A stretch of 64,000 nucleotides of DNA from Phycisphaeraceae bacterium (lineage in GTDB: Bacteria; Planctomycetota; Phycisphaerae; Phycisphaerales; UBA1924): positions 13,090 to 77,089 of the forward strand of contig JAJTHN010000039.1 in the NCBI GenBank assembly GCA_021297895.1, given 5' to 3'. Below, piece by piece: positions 55,701 to 61,934 of the stretch (the stretch's first letter is position 1; each line of letters begins with the position of its first letter). The translations under genes were made by a program, and so were the position numbers. The notes beneath the pieces are model-generated. The model had not been told where the DNA came from. It searched no databases and worked only from the letters and a program-made list of their open reading frames with translations.

Positions 55701-55960
55701 GGGTGCAGTTCGCGACCTTCGCGCTCCCGAGCCCCGCGGATATCGCCGACACCGATGGTGAGCCCATGCTCGGCGGCGATGGTGCGGTCGATAACGGCGA
55801 CTTCTCCGCGTTCTTCGCGGCGTTCTTTGCCGACGAGGGCTCGCCCGCTCGCACCGTTGCCGACATCGCCAACACCGATGGGGAAGTCGGGGCCGACGGC
55901 AGCGTGGACAACGGCGACTTCACCGCGTTCTTCCAGGCGTTCTTTAGCGGATGCATCTGA
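52727..55960 (+). CDS. Secreted GH31 alpha-glucosidase with an unknown ~260-aa domain and a C-terminal GC-type dockerin-like pair
   Basis: GH31 signatures GVWNDMNEP (nucleophile region) and YAATWTGDNVASWEHL. Signal ...SVSAQV. The C-terminal duplicated ADIA-x-TDG...DG-x-VDNGDF-x-AFF modules end in SGCI. Confidence 0.85.
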   Translation: MMNGVCSVRATRSFVVGACALVLLSGSSVSAQVVGESLGAGIARFHRSALDRTNALPSYALVNPTLPASGPLPSGWALVPSFAGSGRSTATLAIPAGTSLYGTGMVAGPLLRNGRSVTAWNDDSYAYSANDNQLYQSHPWVLAVRPDGTAFGVIADTTFRCDIDLSQPQSTGIRFAADGPSFALIVIDRESPKAVLRALGELTGTTPMPPEWALGYHQCRFSYWSDSYARALANDFRSKDIPCDAIWFDIDYMNGYRVFTFNQSNFPNVTQLNSDLENHGFRTVWMINPGVKQESGYFVHDQGNAGDHWVKRSNNTNFVGTVWPGNCLFPDFTRQSTRNWFAGLYSAPLGQLGGQSYMGSGIDGVWNDMNEPALLNTTPNTMPESNIHRPDAPFDRPGLNTHARFHNIYGMEMVRATRQGVQAANPNKRPFVLTRANHLGGHRYAATWTGDNVASWEHLEMSISMVLNLGISAQAFSGPDIGGFVGLGDGELYGRWMGIGAMMPFARGHYEGGSNLKEPWSFGPDTERTCRQAIERRYRLMPYIYTTFREAHLTGVPMMQPLFFADPADTRLHGEDDAFLVGPDLMVSTQPVFERTRQPMRPRMYPGAPAGLDNWMRVGFTGFAGDDNANLDLPELYLRPGAIVPSGPVEEFTAQLPLNPLTLLINLDQNGGATGKLYEDAGDGYGYMTGDYLLTTYTAQRSGDSVTVQIAATEGSRARLSRPMNVRLFLHDGREITASGTDGQPLTITIPQATGPRIDGLNIPEDVGTRGALATQANGTGFGNNFNELNQLFVRSTSTDLLVGLTGNIAADGNAIVVLVDSAAGGQNVLNTANIPAPPAGLGAISGTRFDSGFTPERMFFVNAFANNLFVDEVLLPTGGQATKLYRGQQRVNSGSGTLFGGASPSGTRIAMMNINRDGVTDSSAANAATARAGFEMSIPLSELGIGATCGSVRVQAFIVSSGGFFSNQNLPTLPAGSSNLGGSPNFQSIGGVQFATFALPSPADIADTDGEPMLGGDGAVDNGDFSAFFAAFFADEGSPARTVADIANTDGEVGADGSVDNGDFTAFFQAFFSGCI

Positions 55961-55981
55961 ACCGCCAACGCATGGATCGAA

Positions 55982-56869
55982 TCAGGTGATCGAGCGTCCG
56001 CCGTCGATCCGCAGCACCTGGCCGGTGGTGTACGTCGCGCGCGTCGCCAGCCACCACACGGCCTCCGCGGCTTCGTTCATAGTGCCGACGCGGCCCATCG
56101 GCACGCGCCGGATGTACTCACGCTGGTGGGCCTGCTCCTCCTCGACACCCGATGCCGGAAACTCCACAATGCCGGGTGCCACGGCGTTGACACGCACGCT
56201 CGGCCCGAGATCGCGGGCCATGACCATCGTCGCTTCCAGCAGTGCCGCTTTGCTGAGGCTGTAGCCCAGGTGCGTCCGGCGCGGTCGCCCGCTCTCGCCC
56301 AGGGCGTGAATGTCGCACAGCGTGACGATCGAGCCCTGCGCGCCCGCCGCCGATCCGCTTGAGGGCATCGGCACAACGTCGCTCTCGGCCGCGGCGGCCG
56401 CGCCGACCATCGCCTTATCCCGGGCCAGCAGCGGCGCGAGATGCTTGGTGATGATCACCGGCGCGAGTGCGTTGACGGTGAAGTCCGTGATCGCATCGCC
56501 GGGTTCGATGCTCGAGAGCGTCGCGGCGTTGTACGTCGATGCGTTGTGGACCAGCACATCCAGCCGCGGCAGCATCCGGGCCATGTCGCGCGCCCAGTCC
56601 TCGACGAGCGTGATGTTGCTCAGATCGATGCGTTCGACTCGAACGACGATCCGGCCCTCGCCCGCGACGGCTTCGAGCCGGCGGGCGGCGGTGCGAGCGA
56701 GTGCCGCATCGCTGCGATGCGTGATGACGATGTCGTGCCCGTCGCTGGCGAAACGCTCGGCGATCGCAAGCCCCAGCCGGCGCGTGCCGCCGGTGATCAG
56801 GACGATCGGCCGATCGCCGGAGAAGTTCTCGGGAATGCGGGTCGTGCTCGCGGACTTCTTGGTGGGCAT
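55982..56869 (-). CDS. Short-chain dehydrogenase/reductase family oxidoreductase
   Basis: ITGGTRRLGLAIA (TGxxxxxG), NAS, and YSLSKAAL (YxxxK). The start ATG gives MPTKKSAS. Confidence 0.8.
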   Translation of the reverse strand: MPTKKSASTTRIPENFSGDRPIVLITGGTRRLGLAIAERFASDGHDIVITHRSDAALARTAARRLEAVAGEGRIVVRVERIDLSNITLVEDWARDMARMLPRLDVLVHNASTYNAATLSSIEPGDAITDFTVNALAPVIITKHLAPLLARDKAMVGAAAAAESDVVPMPSSGSAAGAQGSIVTLCDIHALGESGRPRRTHLGYSLSKAALLEATMVMARDLGPSVRVNAVAPGIVEFPASGVEEEQAHQREYIRRVPMGRVGTMNEAAEAVWWLATRATYTTGQVLRIDGGRSIT

Positions 56870-56952
56870 GCTTGCTCGTGTCGTGATCGATGAGAGATGC
56901 AGGTTTGTGGTGCAACGCGGGCCGCGGCGGGATGGTCGGAGGGCCAACGGCA

Positions 56953-57402
56953 CTAGTCGCCCCCGCCGCCTCCGTCCCCCCCGCCGCCTCCGTCCCCTCC
57001 GTCGTGACCGATGGAGTTGCGGCCGTCGAGACGATCTGTATCGCCGAAGCGCCCATCGCGATTGTCGCCACGTTCGCCGCCGTCGCGATCGGGTACAGCG
57101 GTTCGTCGGCCGGACTCTGTCCATGGGTCGACCAGCACGCCGCTGCGCACACGACGGGATCGTGGCGTATCGGTGATGCTGCGGCGAATGACCCGAAGGA
57201 CCGAAATCCCGATGATCGCCACGATCGTCCCCGCAACGATCACCGCGAGCAGAGACGCGAGGTGGCCTGATCGTGGTGGCGCTCCGCCGGGTGGCGTGGG
57301 CGGAGCCTCCTGCGATGCGAAGAGGAGTGCCGCGGGAGTTGTCGCGCACTGCTCGCCCAGCCGTCCCGCCGCCGCGATCGCGATGAGGTTCACCCCGGTC
57401 AT
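56953..57402 (-). CDS. Hypothetical single-pass membrane protein with Gly/Asp-rich C-terminus
   Basis: Third codon positions are mostly G/C (read by eye). TM helix LASLLAVIVAGTIVAIIGISVL. The tail is DGGDGGGGGDGGGGGD. It lies upstream of, and co-directional with, the SDR gene. The start is uncertain (57402 or 57459). Confidence 0.4.
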   Translation of the reverse strand: MTGVNLIAIAAAGRLGEQCATTPAALLFASQEAPPTPPGGAPPRSGHLASLLAVIVAGTIVAIIGISVLRVIRRSITDTPRSRRVRSGVLVDPWTESGRRTAVPDRDGGERGDNRDGRFGDTDRLDGRNSIGHDGGDGGGGGDGGGGGD

Positions 57403-57523
57403 ACGTGCAAGGCTATTCGTTCGGACGACCCGTGGAGATCCCGCGCCATGGCCGAACACGGCACGATCGCTCGGCCCGGGGGGGGCCGTATACTCACGGG
57501 TAGACGCGAAAGGAACCGAAGCG

Positions 57524-58667
57524 ATGCACTTTCATGCTCATCAACCCATCATCAACGAGATTGAGGCGCGGATTTTGACGATCCGCGACTCTCTTTAACT
57601 TCGAGGCAAAGGCCAAGCGACGCGACGAACTCAAGGCACGTATGGAGGACGCGGAATTCTGGACCAACCAGGCCGCGGCCAACGTCGTCGTCAACGAACT
57701 TCGCATCCTGAACAACCAGATCGAGCCGATCGAGAAGGCCAAGGTCCAGCTCGAGGAGGCCCGCACGGCCTTCGAGATGGCCCGCGAGGCGGGAACCAGC
57801 AGCCAGCCCGACCCGGAGTTTCTGGGCGAAGCGGACGAGATTCTGTACAAACTCTCGCAGGAAATCGACCGCATCGAGCTCCGCTCGCTCATGAGCGGCA
57901 AGCACGATCATCGCAACTGCTTCGTGACCATCAGCGCCGGCGACGGCGGCACCGAGGCCAACGACTGGGCCGAGATGCTCTTCCGCATGTACCTGAACTA
58001 CCTCGAGAAGTCGGGCTTCGACATCGAGGAGGTCGAGCGCGGCTTCGGCGCGGAGGTCGGCATCGACAGCGTCACGCTGCACGTGCGCGGGCCATACGCC
58101 TTCGGCTACCTCAAGTGCGAGCGCGGCACGCACAGGCTGGCGCGCGTCAGCCCGTTCAACGCCCAGGGCAAGCGGCAGACGTCCTTCGCCAGCGTCGAAG
58201 TCACGCCGGAGTTCGAGGATGTCAAGGTCGTGATTCCCGAGAATGATCTCGAGGTCACCGCGTTCGTCCGCGCCAGCGGCCCCGGCGGCCAGAACGTCAA
58301 CAAGGTCGCCAGCGCAATCCGCGTGGTGCACAAGCCCACGGGCATCATGGTCGTCGCCAGCACCTACCGCGACCAGCCGCAGAACAAGGCCCAGTGCTTG
58401 CGGATTCTCCAGGCCCGCCTCGAGCAGATGGCCGAGGAGAAGCGGGCCAAGGAAATCAACGCTGCCAAGGGTGGCCAGATGGACACGGGCTGGGGCACGC
58501 AGATCCGCAGTTACGTCGTGTACGACTCGCGCGTGAAGGATCACCGCACCGGCCACGAGTCCGGCGATGTGCAGCGCGTGCTCAACGGCGACCTGCAGCC
58601 GTTCATCGATGCGGAACTCAAGCGCCGCCGCCGCGAGGAAGCCGATCGCGCGATGGCCTCGGCATGA
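57524..58667 (+). CDS. prfB: Peptide chain release factor 2, requiring a programmed +1 frameshift at 57593-57599 (CTT TAA C)
   Basis: Frame 0 encodes MHFHAHQPIINEIEARILTIRDSL then TAA. The +1 frame continues NFEAKAKRRDELKARMEDAEFW.... SPF (RVSPFN) and GGQ (SGPGGQNVNKV) motifs are present in the +1 frame. Confidence 0.9.
57593..57599 (+). other. prfB +1 ribosomal frameshift site CUU UAA C
   Basis: Slippery Leu codon CTT, in-frame TAA, and a 3' C context. No G-rich SD-like element in the preceding 15 nt (ACGATCCGCGACTCT). Confidence 0.8.
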
Positions 58668-58709
58668 GTGTGTCGGCCGCGGGTGCGGCGTGAATGCGGA
58701 GCCCTCTGG

Positions 58710-60725
58710 CTACTTTGAGTCGCCGTCTCGTCGCACCGGGATTTTGGGCGGTGCGGGGGGAAGACGCAGGTGGCCCGGGACGATCTCCGCCGCGGCGGGG
58801 CTCGCGTTGAGGCGCTCGTTGACCGCGATGCCGTAAAGGTCCATCACGACATAGCCCGCATCGGCCAGGCGGCGGGCCTCGGCGAAGCGGTCGAACGCGT
58901 CGAGTTTCTGGCCGGTGCGCTTCTCGATCACGTCGTATCGCACGCCCGCCCAGGTCTCGTGCCCCGGGACAAGGAAGTGGGCCAGAATGTCCGGTCCCGA
59001 TGCGTCGTACGCGTTGACCCAAGTCGGGGCCAGAACATGGAGCAAGTCCGGACCGCTGACCTCCGTGATAAACGTCACATGCGGATGCCGGGCACGCATG
59101 GCCGAAAGCCAGCGATGCAGCTGTCCCGGGCTGCGTACGGGGAACGCATCCAGTCCGATCATGGTCGCGTTCAGCGTGACCATCGCGTCCAGTTCACGGT
59201 TGGCGATGGCGACCAATTCGGGATTGTCCAGATCCAGCCGCTCGACGCGGCCATCGTCCCAGCCGCGCTTGATGTCCCACGTTGTTCCCCACCAGAAGCC
59301 CACGCTCAATTCCGGCCCCGCGATGGCCGCAAGTTCGCCCAGCGAGCGGACCATCTTCTCCTGTCCGCGCACGCCCGTGATGATGTTGAACGGGTAGTTC
59401 AACGCGCGGTGTTCGTTGTAGAGACCGCTGACGGCCCAGAGCATGACGCGACGAAATCCGCGGCGGGGAACATTGTCGCGGAGCGATCGGGCCCACGGGC
59501 CGTAGCCGACAAGGTCCGGACGCATTTCCGGATGCTGAAAGCCCCGGGGATTGTCGGCCGCGAGCAGGTGCTCATGAGCAAAGGCCTCGCCCGCGACCGG
59601 GCGCGGGTCTGCGGTGTACGACACGCCGCCGTAGGTCTCGCGGAAGTAGTCCCGATAGGGCACGAGCGTCTCGAGCCAGTGCATCGACGGCCCGGCCATC
59701 CGAAGCGCGACCCGATACGTTCGAGTCTGTCCCGCAGGCACCTCGCCAAGCAGCGTCAGACGAAGATCCATACCCGGGGCGAAGGGCCCATCGCCCGCGG
59801 GGCGATAGCCGATGAGCCGCATCTCGATCGACTGGTCGTACGCGACCGCGTCGTACATCACACTCACGCCGATCGTGGTGCGGTCGTCGCGAAAGACCAT
59901 GACGGGGGAGTACCACTCTTCAGGCCAGTTGGCCGCGTGGATGGTGAGAAGCTGTGGGGGTGTGATGGGCACCGTCCCGGTTGAAGACGGCTGCGCGACT
60001 GGCCGGTTGTCCCGCGTGCTTGTGGTCGTTTCGAGCGCGGGCGGGTCGGCGAGTCGCCCGGGCGCGGGGCGTGGTGTGTTCGTCGGGGCGGGCGGGGCCG
60101 ATGGCGGATTCTCCGGAACGATGGGGGGCGGAAGGCTCGGCGCGTTCCGTGGCGTGTCCGCCTCATCCGCGGCGGCTGCCCCGCCGCGTCCGGGGCGCAG
60201 ATCCCACGTTGAGGTCTTGGCGACAGTCGAGAGGTTCCACACCGTCACGTTGTCCATCAGCACGCGGCCGATCGTGATCGGCGGCACAGGATGCGACGCC
60301 GTAGTGGAGTTCGTCACGCTGATGATCAGGTCCAGCCCGCCCGCCTGAAGGTGCTCATCGTTCGCGGCCGGGGTTGCCGCCGCGGCCTCGATCCGCACGC
60401 TCAGCGGCGATGGATAGACCATGTTCACCGGCGGAATGTCGGCGATGACGGACGACGGGCCCGGCAACCGCGGCGGCTGATCGTGTGCGATTCCCGTCGG
60501 GTGCCCGATGAGCACGCGGGGGTCCCGGCCTTCGGCGCCGTCGATGATGCTCAGACGACCATTGCGGAGCGTGATGCGCTCGCCCCGAGGCGTGGTGCTG
60601 GTGAAGTCCGCGATCGTCGGCGGAGTGTTCGGGCTCGCGGCGGCCGCGCTGCCAACCAGTCCGATGCCCACGCTCGCGCCCGCCCCGAGCATGGCGATGG
60701 CCAGATACAGGTTCAGTCCGTGCAC
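58710..60725 (-). CDS. Hypothetical secreted two-domain protein with Pro-rich linker (671 aa)
   Basis: N-terminal hydrophobic signal. Central linker PSLPPPIVPENPPSAPPAPTNTPRPAP. The ~400-aa C-terminal region has a W/Y/D/E pattern reminiscent of a glycoside-hydrolase-like barrel. No motif was firmly recognised. Confidence 0.6.
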   Translation of the reverse strand: MHGLNLYLAIAMLGAGASVGIGLVGSAAAASPNTPPTIADFTSTTPRGERITLRNGRLSIIDGAEGRDPRVLIGHPTGIAHDQPPRLPGPSSVIADIPPVNMVYPSPLSVRIEAAAATPAANDEHLQAGGLDLIISVTNSTTASHPVPPITIGRVLMDNVTVWNLSTVAKTSTWDLRPGRGGAAAADEADTPRNAPSLPPPIVPENPPSAPPAPTNTPRPAPGRLADPPALETTTSTRDNRPVAQPSSTGTVPITPPQLLTIHAANWPEEWYSPVMVFRDDRTTIGVSVMYDAVAYDQSIEMRLIGYRPAGDGPFAPGMDLRLTLLGEVPAGQTRTYRVALRMAGPSMHWLETLVPYRDYFRETYGGVSYTADPRPVAGEAFAHEHLLAADNPRGFQHPEMRPDLVGYGPWARSLRDNVPRRGFRRVMLWAVSGLYNEHRALNYPFNIITGVRGQEKMVRSLGELAAIAGPELSVGFWWGTTWDIKRGWDDGRVERLDLDNPELVAIANRELDAMVTLNATMIGLDAFPVRSPGQLHRWLSAMRARHPHVTFITEVSGPDLLHVLAPTWVNAYDASGPDILAHFLVPGHETWAGVRYDVIEKRTGQKLDAFDRFAEARRLADAGYVVMDLYGIAVNERLNASPAAAEIVPGHLRLPPAPPKIPVRRDGDSK

Positions 60726-60791
60726 GCAAAGCTCCTGGATCCATCGGGCGGAGGAGGCAAAGGCGACGGCCCAGACGGTGCCGGGCGCTGG

Positions 60792-61841
60792 TCAGATCTG
60801 CCTGAGAAACCGCACGTCGTTCTCGAACAGAAGGCGGATGTCGGGAATCCCGTGCTTGCCCATCGCCAGCCGCTCGATGCCGAAGCCGAATGCGAAGCCC
60901 GACCACTGCTCTGGATCGATGCCGCAGTGCGTCAGCACGCGCGGGTGGACCATGCCGCAACCGCCGAGTTCGATCCAGCGCGCGGGCTGATCCGGGTTCA
61001 GGCGGATCATCATGTCCAACTCGGCGCTCGGCTCGGTGAAGGGGAAGAAACTCGGACGCAGACGGATCTGCGACTCAGGACCGAAGTACGCTCGGGCGAA
61101 GTTCGTCAGCGTGGCCTTGAGGTCGGCCATGGTGATGCGACGATCGATCGCGAGCCCTTCGATCTGATGGAACATGAACGAGTGCGTGGCGTCGACCGCA
61201 TCGGGTCGGTACACGCGGCCCGGGCTGATGACGCGGATCGGGCTCCGCAGCGACCCTCCATCGCGTCGCACTGCATCCTCCATCACGCGGACCTGCACCG
61301 TGCTGGTCTGGCTGCGCAGCATGCGCGGAGTGGGGGTCTTGGCCGGGTCGTCGATGTAGAAGTTGTCCCCGGGCTCGCGAGCCGGGTGCTCCGGCGGAAT
61401 GTTGAGCTTGATGAAGTTGTGCTCGTCGTCCTCGAGTTCCGGGCCCTCAGCGACGGCAAAGCCCATGCGGGCGAAGACCTCCACCAGATCCGCGCGCACG
61501 CGTGAGAGGATGTGCCTGCGGCCAACACCCGCGCTGAAGATCGCCCCCGGCTCGGTCATGTCGATCATCGGCCCGCTGGCGGCCCCCGCCGAACGGGCGC
61601 CGAGAGCCTCCGCACGCGACGCAAACGCTTCTTCCAGTGCCTTGCCCAGCGCGTTCGCACGAGCGCCGTACGCGGCGCGGTCCGCCGGCGGCACATCCTT
61701 GATTCCCGCCAGCAGGCCCTTGGCCCGGCCCTTGCTCCCGATCCACGCGACACGCCACGCCTCCAGCGCGGCGGCATCGCCCGCGGCGGCAAGAGCGGAG
61801 AGTGCATCGGTCTGGAGCGTGTCAAGTTCGGCGAGCGTCAT
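60792..61841 (-). CDS. pheS: Phenylalanine--tRNA ligase alpha subunit
   Basis: Class II motifs (FPFTEPSAELD, GCGMVHPRVL, GFAFGFGIERLAM). The ATG at 61841 gives MTLAELDTLQ. Confidence 0.95.
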   Translation of the reverse strand: MTLAELDTLQTDALSALAAAGDAAALEAWRVAWIGSKGRAKGLLAGIKDVPPADRAAYGARANALGKALEEAFASRAEALGARSAGAASGPMIDMTEPGAIFSAGVGRRHILSRVRADLVEVFARMGFAVAEGPELEDDEHNFIKLNIPPEHPAREPGDNFYIDDPAKTPTPRMLRSQTSTVQVRVMEDAVRRDGGSLRSPIRVISPGRVYRPDAVDATHSFMFHQIEGLAIDRRITMADLKATLTNFARAYFGPESQIRLRPSFFPFTEPSAELDMMIRLNPDQPARWIELGGCGMVHPRVLTHCGIDPEQWSGFAFGFGIERLAMGKHGIPDIRLLFENDVRFLRQI

Positions 61842-61934
61842 AGACGCCAAGGGTAGCAACGCACGGACCCTCTGTGGGCGGCCCCGGCGTGCATAGCCCG
61901 TGCTGCGCAGCCGGCGTGCGAGGCCGGGCGACGT

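Noticed and set aside
57642-58667. prfB annotated simply from the internal ATG at 57642 (341 aa) with no frameshift.
   Set aside because: This would remove the conserved N-terminal helix. The frame-0 ORF from 57524 encodes an RF2-like N-terminus ending in Leu-stop at a CTT TAA C site, exactly the known recoding geometry.
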